Shown: in pieces, positions 1-9,524 of the stretch
Position numbering within the stretch: the stretch's first letter is position 1
Layout: each line of letters opens with the position of its first letter
DNA from: Promethearchaeota archaeon
GTDB lineage: Archaea > Asgardarchaeota > Lokiarchaeia > Sigyniarchaeales > SOKP01
DNA: 64,000 nt
Reading direction: 5' to 3'
Assembly: GCA_016839555.1 (NCBI GenBank)
Contig: JAEOUA010000011.1
Coordinates: 128,001 to 192,000 of the forward strand
The notes under the pieces: model-generated
Databases searched by the model: none
Seen by the model: only the letters and a program-made list of their open reading frames with translations
Told to the model about the DNA's origin: nothing
Position numbers and translations under genes: made by a program

Positions 1-111
1 ACAACAACTAGCACCACAATTCTCGCAGTAATAAGCAATTTCGCGCCTTCTCTGGCAGAAATGACAGACTTGAGGTGTAAGTTTGTGATTATAAGGATAG
101 TTTTCTGACAT
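1..111 (-). CDS. N-terminal fragment of a Cys-rich zinc-finger protein (B-box-like), running off the window edge
   Basis: Not in the ORF track. Manual translation from ATG at 111 gives MSENYPYNHKLTPQVCHFCQRRREIAYYCENCGASCC..., with CxxC-x9-CxxC-x3-CC spacing. Confidence 0.6.
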   Translation of the reverse strand, partial: MSENYPYNHKLTPQVCHFCQRRREIAYYCENCGASCC

Positions 112-287
112 ACTATTTTTAACCCAACTTAAGTTTAGCTTACTTTTAACAAATCGCTTATTAAAAAAAGGTTAAAATTACATTAAAAATTAAAATAATA
201 TTCTAATGTTACCTAAAAAATATTTTAATGAATGCGCAATTATATTAATTAGAAGGATGCATTAAGAATATTCCGAATTTTATCAGA

Positions 288-764
288 ATGGAAAACAAAT
301 TTGGAATGAAAAATTCAACCAATTTTGGTATTATTGTTTTTCTAGATTTAGATAATTTTAAAAATTCTATGAGGGTAAAGGGTTGGACAAGATATTCTCC
401 AAACCCTATTACTGGATATTTAACAAATAAAATTGTGGAATATATTCGAAAATTTAGGGCAATTGATATTTGGGGACTAAATAGAAGAGAAGGAACCGAA
501 GAAGCGATTCTTTTCTTTTATCAAGATCAAGATTTTGTTCAGGATCTTATGAATACCTTACGAGAAGAAATTTTTACAATAGCAAACGAATTAAATGCCC
601 CAACTTCGTTAAGTATTGGAATGTGTAGAGGAGATGTGCCTAAGTTAAAAAAAATTACACGTCATCGCAAAAATGAATTTAAGAAAGATCCCGCGATTTT
701 TTTAGCTTATAAAGCATTGAAAAAGGCAAAAAAGAAAGGCGGAAATTGTATCGTTCAACTATGA
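288..764 (+). CDS. Stand-alone GGDEF-like (nucleotide cyclase palm fold) protein
   Basis: Has FLDLDNFK, REGTEEA at the RxGGEEF position, SLSIG, and C-terminal AYKALKKAKKKGGNCI, which resembles ADxALYxAKxxGRN. Confidence 0.65.
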   Translation: MENKFGMKNSTNFGIIVFLDLDNFKNSMRVKGWTRYSPNPITGYLTNKIVEYIRKFRAIDIWGLNRREGTEEAILFFYQDQDFVQDLMNTLREEIFTIANELNAPTSLSIGMCRGDVPKLKKITRHRKNEFKKDPAIFLAYKALKKAKKKGGNCIVQL

Positions 765-848
765 ATTAATTAGCTTTTTTTATTAAGATTTTAATTATTT
801 ATTCTCTTAAGAAAGCTATAAATTTTATATTTTTAATAAAGTTTTATT

Positions 849-1139
849 TCAAAATTTTTTCAGTCTTTTCTTCATATTTTCTAGTGCTGCTTTACCATAT
901 CTAATTTCAAATTCTCTTTCGTACATTTTGCTACGTACTTCGGCTTCTCGTTTTTGTCTCTCATCCCATTCTTTCCTTAGGCGTTCCGCATTTGCTTGGA
1001 TTTGTTGCGCTTTAAACATTTCTTCTGCTTGTTGTTTAATCTGCCTATCCCACTGCATAGGCGACAGAGAATAGCGTAATCCCCCATTCGGTTTTTTTAG
1101 ATTTTTTTTAAGCATTTCTTCAATTTCTTTTTGGTTCAT
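849..1139 (-). CDS. Hypothetical charged helical protein
   Basis: 96-aa ORF with ATG start, rich in E/K/R/Q, no recognisable motif. Confidence 0.55.
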   Translation of the reverse strand: MNQKEIEEMLKKNLKKPNGGLRYSLSPMQWDRQIKQQAEEMFKAQQIQANAERLRKEWDERQKREAEVRSKMYEREFEIRYGKAALENMKKRLKKF

Positions 1140-1474
1140 TCCTTAAATTCTCTTTTAGATTTTTAATTAATTATTAGAGTATTTAGAAGAAAAATATTAT
1201 TAGCTTATATTTAAAGGTTTTTATCAAAGTATTTCAAAGAACTATATTCATATTATCTATTACTATGTTTTAAGTATATATTATAATAAGAAAGAAATAT
1301 GTACACTTTTTAATTAATTAAAAAATTTTTAAAGAAAAATTCAAAATTAGGGGAAATTTTCACTAATTGTCTAATAATTAGAAGAAAGTAAAAACAAAAA
1401 GAGTATATAGTATTATTTAGATTGAAACGAAGTGAATATCCATTTAGCCTAAGAAATTAATATAGGAATGCAAA

Positions 1475-2050
1475 ATTTTCTTAATAGATATGCATATTCA
1501 TCTAAAAGATAGGTCTCCTTGCTCAATTTTATCAATCGAAGAGTTATATAGATTTCTTTCGCCTCGTTTGGATGGAATTTGTATCACAGATCATTGGGTT
1601 TTACAGGAAATTAAAGGAATAAGTTTCGAGGAAGTTAAAACTTTTTTTAGAGTAGAGCTCACAAGTAGAGAAGGGGATATTCTGGCATATAACTTAAATA
1701 TGATGCCCTCAAAAAATTTAGGAGCAACCCAAGTTATCGATTTTATTCATCGGCAGGGAGGTATAGCAGTTGCGGCTCATCCTTTTTCAAATCGACATAT
1801 TGCATTTTATGATGCGGTTTTTAATTACAATTTTGATGCTATAGAAATTAATGGATCTATTGGAAAAAGTAGCAATGAAAAAGCTAGAAGAGCAGCAAAT
1901 AAAATGGATATCCCTCTAATTGGTGGAAGTGATTCACATTCTAAGACCCAATTGAATACAGTCGCAACAAAATTTAAAAATAAAATTTATTCATTATCAG
2001 ACATCATTAAGGAAATAAAAGATAAAGATTGTAAGATTATTCGAATATAG
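1475..2050 (+). CDS. PHP-domain metal-dependent phosphoesterase (start uncertain)
   Basis: Motifs DMHIH, ITDH, AAHP, IEING and GGSDSH. The Asp of DxHxH lies upstream of the tracked ATG 1490, so the real start is earlier (ATT 1475 or ATA 1484, or ATG 1468 plus a 1-nt shift). Confidence 0.85.
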   Translation: MFLIDMHIHLKDRSPCSILSIEELYRFLSPRLDGICITDHWVLQEIKGISFEEVKTFFRVELTSREGDILAYNLNMMPSKNLGATQVIDFIHRQGGIAVAAHPFSNRHIAFYDAVFNYNFDAIEINGSIGKSSNEKARRAANKMDIPLIGGSDSHSKTQLNTVATKFKNKIYSLSDIIKEIKDKDCKIIRI

Positions 2051-2097
2051 AGAATATTTTCGAAAGGAAATTATAAAATATAGACATAAAAAAGAAT

Positions 2098-2391
2098 CTA
2101 CTTAATTATTTTTATTTTCTGACCTAGAGCTTGCCCAGGAACTCCCTTTTTTTTAAAGTGAGCGCGAACTGCTCCATTATTACCATGAGCTCGTGTTATT
2201 TTTCCTTTTAATTCTCTACCACTTGAAGTATACCATACAACAGTTCTTCCGATGAGCTTATTTGCTTCTTTACGTGAAGTGATACCGGGAAAAACTAATA
2301 TACAGTGTTTTGGATGCACTGTATGGCGCCCTGTTCTATAATTTGCAATAATTCCTTCTTTACCGATTAATTCTAATTTATTCATAGTCAA
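2098..2391 (-). CDS. rpl35ae: 50S ribosomal protein L35Ae (eL33)
   Basis: NYRTGRHTVHPK and GKITRAHGNNGAVRAHF...PGQALG signatures. Confidence 0.95.
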   Translation of the reverse strand: MTMNKLELIGKEGIIANYRTGRHTVHPKHCILVFPGITSRKEANKLIGRTVVWYTSSGRELKGKITRAHGNNGAVRAHFKKKGVPGQALGQKIKIIK

Positions 2392-2482
2392 AATTCCGAT
2401 TTTATAAGAAGTTCTTGTTTTATACTTACCAGATAAAATATTTAAAAAAATAAAAAATTTTAGGTTTTAGATTTAGTGGACT

Positions 2483-3670
2483 CTATGGGATTAATTTAAA
2501 AGCTTTTTGATATGCATCCTTATGAATTTTATACAATTGTTCATTAAATTCCTTTTCAGCTAAATTTTTCTCATCTTGAATAAGATTTACTACTTTTTGG
2601 TAAATTTTAGTTTCAATCGCTTCTCTTTCTTTATCATAATTTTTCTCAGCACTCTTGCCTAAAGATCTAACATATTTAGAATGCCTCAGCCATTCCCAAT
2701 CATTATTTTTCACCTCATAAGGTCCCGGCGCTTCGACCTTTTGGTTATCTATTGGAAAGATATATGGCTTATAGACACTTTTGCAGGGGCGAGTAGTGCC
2801 TGTATACCAATGGATATTTTTTGCATCATCTCTTAATAAAGAGACTTGAGAACCTGTAGATTCGAATCCTCCATGCATGCATATGCTATTAGCTCTATAA
2901 TGATCTCTTAGAAATTCCATCATCATACGATCTGTAATATGACCTTTATTATCATTTAATAATTGTGTTGATCTTCCTAATCGAGAAGAAGGGGAATATG
3001 ATGGTGCAGATCCAGAAAATGTTATAGCAAAATCAAATTGATCATCGTCTTTACAATAGCCTTTTTCAATAGCGTGCTGAATAATTCCTTCTCGTCTTAT
3101 ATCTCCTTTTCCTCTAATAGTCAAACCATTTGAGATGGATCTTACATCTTTAATTTTTTCAGCAATCCACCAGTCATCCGCCGTCTCCAAGACAAAAGCT
3201 TCTTTCTGGTCAGCAATTAGAAAAGAATTATGATAAGTCCATCTTGGGTTATTATAGGCACAACCGCCGCCTTGATGATACTTTTCTAGTAAACTCGTTA
3301 TTGCATTCAAAGCATTTATGGCATTTTCTCCTCTTTCAAGTCCTAATCGGAGTAAATCCATTCCCAATAAACCTTCACTTCGTAGTGGTTCATGAGTATT
3401 TACTGCTTCATTACCAATAACCACTCCATATTCATTACACCCCATTTCCGCACCCCACATCCACCAAGGTTGGCTTATAAGAACTGCTGCAGTTTCACTT
3501 ATTTGAGGAATTGTTATATAGGTACATTGTACTTCTTCATCATTATTATGTTTCATTCGAGGATTATAAGTGATTAATTGAACTTCTTCACTTGGTCTGT
3601 CCGAATTTTTTCCAAAAATAACATTCCCATCAGATGTAGAATTTTTTAAAGCAACTAATGTATCACACAT
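2483..3670 (-). CDS. Secernin / peptidase C69 family (Ntn-hydrolase) dipeptidase
   Basis: N-terminal MCDT nucleophile, FGKNSDRP, WGAEMGCNEYGVVIGNEA and GLLGMDLLRLGLERG. Confidence 0.9.
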   Translation of the reverse strand: MCDTLVALKNSTSDGNVIFGKNSDRPSEEVQLITYNPRMKHNNDEEVQCTYITIPQISETAAVLISQPWWMWGAEMGCNEYGVVIGNEAVNTHEPLRSEGLLGMDLLRLGLERGENAINALNAITSLLEKYHQGGGCAYNNPRWTYHNSFLIADQKEAFVLETADDWWIAEKIKDVRSISNGLTIRGKGDIRREGIIQHAIEKGYCKDDDQFDFAITFSGSAPSYSPSSRLGRSTQLLNDNKGHITDRMMMEFLRDHYRANSICMHGGFESTGSQVSLLRDDAKNIHWYTGTTRPCKSVYKPYIFPIDNQKVEAPGPYEVKNNDWEWLRHSKYVRSLGKSAEKNYDKEREAIETKIYQKVVNLIQDEKNLAEKEFNEQLYKIHKDAYQKAFKLIP

Positions 3671-3882
3671 TTTCTATAACTTTAATTATTTTATTATTTT
3701 AAAAATATTCTATTATAATTTTTAGAAATTAATTACTCTATGATAATACTATTAGATCAACTTTTAATTTCATATAAAGTAAATTAAAATTTGATAAATA
3801 ATATAAAAATACTTTAAAATTAAATTCTGATTTTAATTAATTATAAAAATAATATAAAAACCTTAACTGATATTGATTTGTT

Positions 3883-5688
3883 TTGAGTGATCAAAAAGAA
3901 AACATCTGGATTTTAACATTTGAGTATGACGGAGTAATTAAGTTAGGTGGATTAGGCGAAGTAACGGCGAATCAGTCTAAAAATTTATCAGATGCGTTTA
4001 ATTTTACTGTATTTATTCCTTCCCATGGACAAACGGAAAGATTAACAAAACAGAGAAGTTTTCAAAAAATTTCTTTTATAAGTACGGGAAATGTTAATCT
4101 TGCTAATTTGGGGCTCCCCGAGACAAAAGGAGCTTACGAGATTAGTTATTATAAATTTAATTTCAATGGAATCAATATAATCCTTTTAAATGGAGAAAAT
4201 GACTTTTCAAAAAAATACTTAAATGATAAAAGTATTTATAATCCAGATACTTTCAATGGAAAACTACTTCTATATACTTTAGGAGTAAAATCTTTCATCA
4301 AAAATTTAATAAGTAAAGAAATGAAGGATTTACCAAAAGTAGTACATTTACATGATTATCATGTAGTTCCTCCATTTATAACTATTAAACAAGAATTTAT
4401 TAAGAATAAATTAGATGTTAGCTCAATCATTACAATCCATTTATTAACACGGCCTCGCTTTGAACTCGAATTTATAAAAGCATGCGGAATTGATGATACG
4501 CCTATTACAATTCGGCTCGAAAAGGGCATAAAGCGTATGGATATTAATCAAATCTACCAATTATGTCAAGAAAAAAGTTCGAATGGAGAGATACAGCCTC
4601 CTTTCATGGAGAAAATTGGTGCTTTAATAAGCGATTTAGTAATAACAGTAAGCGAATCATACCTTAAATCGTCTATTATACCGAAGCTGGGAGGAGATTT
4701 AATTCGTTTTAAAAGTGATTTTGTATGGAATGGATGTGATTGGGATTATTACGATATTTATGAAAATGTGATAAACTCTTTTGGAAAAGAAATTCGAGAT
4801 GTCTTAGATATTTCTGAAAGCTCAAGAATATCCAGAAAAGATTTAAAAAAATATTTATTAACCTATAAAATTGGTAATTTAGAAAGAAGTCCATTTATTA
4901 CCTCTGAAAAAGTATTAGATACAATAAATGAAATATCAGATGGCAATATATTTAAAAAAGATGGCACAATCACCCCATTTAAGGACTCTGGACCTCTTGC
5001 TATAGGAACTGGCAGAATTTCCAGGCAAAAAGGTTTTGATACGATTTTTAAAGCAATTCCCAGCATAATTGAAATCATTCCAAATGCGAAATTCTTACTA
5101 TTGATATTACCTACAGAATATAGTTTGAATGAGATAAAAGAATATGCGCAATATGTCAAAAAGTATAGTAGTAATCTTAGAATAGTTTTTGGCATCGCAC
5201 CAAGTATTTTTCATTTAGCACATATTAGTGCAGATGTGTATCTCGCCTTAAGCAGATGGGAGCCCTTCGGAATTATTGTTCTAGAGGCAATGGCATCAAA
5301 ATTACCCGTGATTGCAACGAAGGTTGGAGGGTTTCAAGAAACTATAATAGATTTAAGAGAGGATCCCGATAATGGAACCGGAGTATTATTACAAGAGGAT
5401 AATGTATCTCAATTCTCCAGTAGCGTAATCTCACTATTAAAAAGTGCCAAAATATCGGAAAATACTCAGTTAAATACTCAAAAAAAACTAAATATCATAG
5501 AAGAAATTCCTGATGAGAAAATTAAAAAGTTAGTTAAGAAAGATCCTCAATATTTTAATAGAGTAAGAGAAAATTGTTATATACGGGTAGATAATAATTT
5601 TAGATGGAAAAAAGTATCCCAAAAATTAAAACAATTATACTTTGGTTTAATAGAACTGAATAAAACTAAGTATAATGAAATAGATTAA
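3883..5688 (+). CDS. glgA: Glycogen/starch synthase (GT5)
   Basis: KLGGLGEV (KxGGL), HLHDYH, TIH, TVS, GRISRQKGFD and SRWEPFGIIVLEAMA. Confidence 0.85.
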   Translation: MSDQKENIWILTFEYDGVIKLGGLGEVTANQSKNLSDAFNFTVFIPSHGQTERLTKQRSFQKISFISTGNVNLANLGLPETKGAYEISYYKFNFNGINIILLNGENDFSKKYLNDKSIYNPDTFNGKLLLYTLGVKSFIKNLISKEMKDLPKVVHLHDYHVVPPFITIKQEFIKNKLDVSSIITIHLLTRPRFELEFIKACGIDDTPITIRLEKGIKRMDINQIYQLCQEKSSNGEIQPPFMEKIGALISDLVITVSESYLKSSIIPKLGGDLIRFKSDFVWNGCDWDYYDIYENVINSFGKEIRDVLDISESSRISRKDLKKYLLTYKIGNLERSPFITSEKVLDTINEISDGNIFKKDGTITPFKDSGPLAIGTGRISRQKGFDTIFKAIPSIIEIIPNAKFLLLILPTEYSLNEIKEYAQYVKKYSSNLRIVFGIAPSIFHLAHISADVYLALSRWEPFGIIVLEAMASKLPVIATKVGGFQETIIDLREDPDNGTGVLLQEDNVSQFSSSVISLLKSAKISENTQLNTQKKLNIIEEIPDEKIKKLVKKDPQYFNRVRENCYIRVDNNFRWKKVSQKLKQLYFGLIELNKTKYNEID

Positions 5689-5740
5689 GAAATTTTTAAA
5701 TAACACCCCCGCCATTTTCATATTCCAAAAAAATTAAGAA

Positions 5741-7714
5741 TTAATTATTCCAGAAAGGGAATAAGCTTTGTATAATTGCGTTTTTTTGATCGGGAATAAT
5801 CTCTATTTCTTTTTGGATCCAATCAGAAATCCAATTGTATTTTTGCTTAAATCGGGAGTCCATGAATATTATGGCTCCTTTATCTGTCAATTTTCGAATG
5901 GGGCGTCCTGAGGCTTGATTTGCTCGCTGAATAGCAGGATAGAGATAGGCAAAATTCCAACCTTGATTATTAAACACTTTATCATAATAATGAATTTTTG
6001 CTTCTGTTCTGGGAGTTGGAAGATGATAAGGGAATCCCGCAATAATCACAGAGTTCATCGTATCTCCTGGATAATCTTCTCCTTCGGAGTTTCTTCCTCC
6101 GCATACGCCTAATAAAACAGCTCCCGTATCAGGATTTTTTACCATTGATTTAAAATCTTCAACAAGTAGTGCATTTTCAGATGCAGATAACCCCGGTTCT
6201 TCAACAAAGAGCCTTTTATTATTTTTTAAGGCAATATCAGTGATTCCATTTTGAAGTAATGCTTTAAGTACTTTATATGAAGCACAAAAAATGCCCACAT
6301 TAGCAGGAGTGCAGTATAAAACTTCATCAATTTTTTTAATCATCTTTATAAACATAGTAGACGTTCTATTTTCTCTTTTGGTATCTACACCCTCAGTAAT
6401 AAGAGCTCTAATATTTCTTTTATCAAATGGTGATTCGGCTATAATTCCTTTATAAGATTTTCCACTTTGCATTAATCCCATTAAATTATTATATACATAT
6501 GGATTCACAGTCCCAGATAAATGGAGACTTGTATAGCATGATTTTAATATGGGGGTAGCGATTTCTCTTGGATCTAAGGCGATTATTTCCATAGAAATGG
6601 ATTTTTTATTTTTATTAGTAGTTCGAAGTGTATAACAGAAAAAATATTTTTCTAAGGGATATGTTTTTATCCATTTTATCCAAAATTCTGATAAAGAGCC
6701 AAGATAATCATGGGCAAATTCGCCGTTAGCTACTTTTTCTTCATGAATTGCGACGCTAAATTCATAGAGGTCATTGATTAAATTATCAAATTGATTTAAA
6801 TCTGAATATCCTAATTTTAAAATAATAGAATTTAAAATCTTTTCAGGATTTATTGCTTTCTCTGCTACATTTAGAGAACTTTTTTTGTTTTCTAAATTTT
6901 GTTGCAAAATTTTAATAAAATTCTGCATAATAACTGGAGATCTATACTTTTCAAGATCTCGCAAACATAAATTCAATAAATAAGGAGATAGCCTTAAAGA
7001 ATTTACTTCTGTTGCTACATCTATAATGTTATGGCATTCATCTAGAACTAAGATACAATTCTGTAGCTCTTTTCCAATAAAATTTAAGAAAGAATGACGG
7101 ATAAAGGGATTGAATATCCATTGATAATTACATATAATTATTCTCATTTCTGGTAATAAAAATTTACTCAAGAAATAAGGACATAATTTTTGATCTATGC
7201 ATAGATCTATGAGGATATCGGCATCAACAGGTTGATTTAAAATTTCTGGAGAAATTAAGGTCGGATTTTCAACTTTGTTTCTTTTTTTCAGCAAGTTAAT
7301 GAAATGGGCACAATTTTTATTTTTCCTTAAATCTTTACAAATAGACATTGCTTCTCGTGGATCGGGATTCAAATCTTTGAGAATTTTATTAAGACACATC
7401 TCATTTCTCCCTCGAATCGAAAGCCCGTTAATTTTAATATCTTCGAGATTTTTTGATATGGAACTTGAGATTTTCATTAATTCTTTAATTACTCGAGCAT
7501 TCTGCGAATGGGTTCTGCATAAATATAGAATTTTGAGATCATTTTCTATAGCGACAGGAAGCAATGCGCTTAAAGCAATTATAGTTTTTCCTGTACCGTT
7601 AGGTGCAGATAACAAAATATTATTTCTTTTTCTAGCACTTTCTTCTATTTGCTCTATAATCTTTTCCTGTGATTCTCTATACTGGTGATATGGAAAGAAT
7701 TTTTTATAATTCAT
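5741..7714 (-). CDS. xpd: XPD/Rad3-family Fe-S DNA helicase
   Basis: YRESQ Q-motif, APNGTGKT, RTHSQ, Fe-S cysteines (EMC...LCPYF), DECHN, SGT, SEGEDY and QASGRPIR. Confidence 0.9.
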   Translation of the reverse strand: MNYKKFFPYHQYRESQEKIIEQIEESARKRNNILLSAPNGTGKTIIALSALLPVAIENDLKILYLCRTHSQNARVIKELMKISSSISKNLEDIKINGLSIRGRNEMCLNKILKDLNPDPREAMSICKDLRKNKNCAHFINLLKKRNKVENPTLISPEILNQPVDADILIDLCIDQKLCPYFLSKFLLPEMRIIICNYQWIFNPFIRHSFLNFIGKELQNCILVLDECHNIIDVATEVNSLRLSPYLLNLCLRDLEKYRSPVIMQNFIKILQQNLENKKSSLNVAEKAINPEKILNSIILKLGYSDLNQFDNLINDLYEFSVAIHEEKVANGEFAHDYLGSLSEFWIKWIKTYPLEKYFFCYTLRTTNKNKKSISMEIIALDPREIATPILKSCYTSLHLSGTVNPYVYNNLMGLMQSGKSYKGIIAESPFDKRNIRALITEGVDTKRENRTSTMFIKMIKKIDEVLYCTPANVGIFCASYKVLKALLQNGITDIALKNNKRLFVEEPGLSASENALLVEDFKSMVKNPDTGAVLLGVCGGRNSEGEDYPGDTMNSVIIAGFPYHLPTPRTEAKIHYYDKVFNNQGWNFAYLYPAIQRANQASGRPIRKLTDKGAIIFMDSRFKQKYNWISDWIQKEIEIIPDQKNAIIQSLFPFWNN

Positions 7715-7832
7715 TCTTATTAAAAATCAAAGTGAATGATTCAAGGTAAATTTTTATATTAGTATGTTAATCCTATTAAAATTTAATTTCAATCGGAAAT
7801 TTTATACTTAAATAATAAGAAAAAATATTACT

Positions 7833-8744
7833 ATGAGTGAAGATCATTATTTAACAATACGACAGTTGTTTTCGGAAAGCGTTATTATAAACCTAATTGT
7901 ATTTGCAGTGTTATTTATATTCACACTTGGACAAGAATGGAATAATATTTTCCTTTTTTTATTTCCTATTATTACATTTTCCTTTTCCTTGTTTTTTAAA
8001 TTAATAGATGTGAATAAATGGAGGACCAAATTTAAGGAAAGTCCTATTGTTTACAATCCTCTTGGTTCAGAGAAAAAAATTGCAAATCGATTTAATTTTT
8101 CCGCAATTTTACAAATGGTTTTTTTGTTTTGGATTGGTGCTGAATCTTTTTATCACCCCCAACTTATTGATGATTATGGATTCTATTTTAATTTAATCTT
8201 CCTATTTCTCTATAGTTTTGTATATTTTTGGATGTTTATGGATATTTGGAAATATAGTCATATTAAGATCTCATATAAAGAAAAAAAGGATAAAACTTTA
8301 GAAACAATTAAAAGCTATGAAAAGATAATTAAATTTTTGAATGTCAAGAATTTTCGAATAATTTCATATATTAATCTCTCTATTTTCTTAATTCTAAATG
8401 GATTGAATCTTTATTTTACATGGTTCACTTATAAAGGAAATATCACTGGAATCTATCTTGAATTACCCGGTACAGCACTTGAGTTTTCACAATCTCTTCT
8501 GATCTCCTATATATTTCTTCCGATATTAATAATCTCTCCAATATTTTTTGTTATGTTGTTATATTTAATTTATAAAGATATTAATAGCTTAACTGAGGAA
8601 AATCTAAAAGATGCTCTTAATGGGCTATCTAAAAACGAGAGATCTCTGGTATTAAAGAATTTTGTTTCTCTAAATAAAAAATTATTGGAAAAAATAAATA
8701 TAAATCAATTACTTGAAAGATTGGAAGGAAAGACTAATTCTTAA
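7833..8744 (+). CDS. Hypothetical multi-pass membrane protein
   Basis: 303 aa with about 6 hydrophobic segments. Confidence 0.7.
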   Translation: MSEDHYLTIRQLFSESVIINLIVFAVLFIFTLGQEWNNIFLFLFPIITFSFSLFFKLIDVNKWRTKFKESPIVYNPLGSEKKIANRFNFSAILQMVFLFWIGAESFYHPQLIDDYGFYFNLIFLFLYSFVYFWMFMDIWKYSHIKISYKEKKDKTLETIKSYEKIIKFLNVKNFRIISYINLSIFLILNGLNLYFTWFTYKGNITGIYLELPGTALEFSQSLLISYIFLPILIISPIFFVMLLYLIYKDINSLTEENLKDALNGLSKNERSLVLKNFVSLNKKLLEKININQLLERLEGKTNS

Positions 8745-9028
8745 TAATATATTAAAGTTATATTATTGAAGATATATAATTTTGCTGTTTCTATTTTTAA
8801 TTTATTTTTTCAGCAGTAAATCAATTTCATTTGATCAGCTAGCCAATATCGATGAGAGCAATTAATTTAAATGAATATGAGGATTAGGATATAAATTAAG
8901 AAAAAAAATTAATATATTATTTTTTATGATATTATTATAGTATTTATTAAAATATACACTTCTGTTTGGTTTTTCGAATTATATATTATTATTTCAGAAA
9001 AAAAAATAATCTGCTTTATTAATAATAT

Positions 9029-9361
9029 CTAATTAGATTGGAGGTTAAAACTATAGCATTCCGAATCCACGTTGATTTTTCCTGCTTTATTGTTGATATC
9101 TCTCATAGCATTAATTGTAATAATTTTCGGATCGTGAGTGATATCGTGGACTTTATACGTGTGGAGAAAATACTTCAATTGTTTTACCTTTGTATTGTTA
9201 TCGAATGAGAGCGCATTTAACATTTCCAGATACACATTAAGTTCTTTAATAAAGCGTTCCCCTGTAAAATCATCTAATAGAATAGTCTCGCTTCTAAAAT
9301 GATTCTCATCGCAGCCATTAATTTTTTCAAAATTTATCTTAATTTTATACGTCATAAGCAA
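9029..9361 (-). CDS. Hypothetical protein
   Basis: 110-aa ORF that is more GC-rich than the flanking spacers; likely start at the internal ATG (MTYKIK). Confidence 0.6.
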   Translation of the reverse strand: MLMTYKIKINFEKINGCDENHFRSETILLDDFTGERFIKELNVYLEMLNALSFDNNTKVKQLKYFLHTYKVHDITHDPKIITINAMRDINNKAGKINVDSECYSFNLQSN

Positions 9362-9524
9362 TCTAAGCTAATAATCTGACATTTCTATTTAAAGAAAAAA
9401 TTAGTAAAAAAAAGAGGGATTTTTAACTCTTATTTAAATAAATTTTTTTTAGTTTGAAAAGTCACACAACTTTTATAGAATACTTAACTACCTAAACTAA
9501 AATATTTTAAAAATTGAACTTAAA

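Noticed and set aside
288-764. Canonical diguanylate cyclase or Cas10
   Set aside because: The signature is GTEEA rather than GG(D/E)EF or GGDD, the protein is very short, and no cas genes are nearby.
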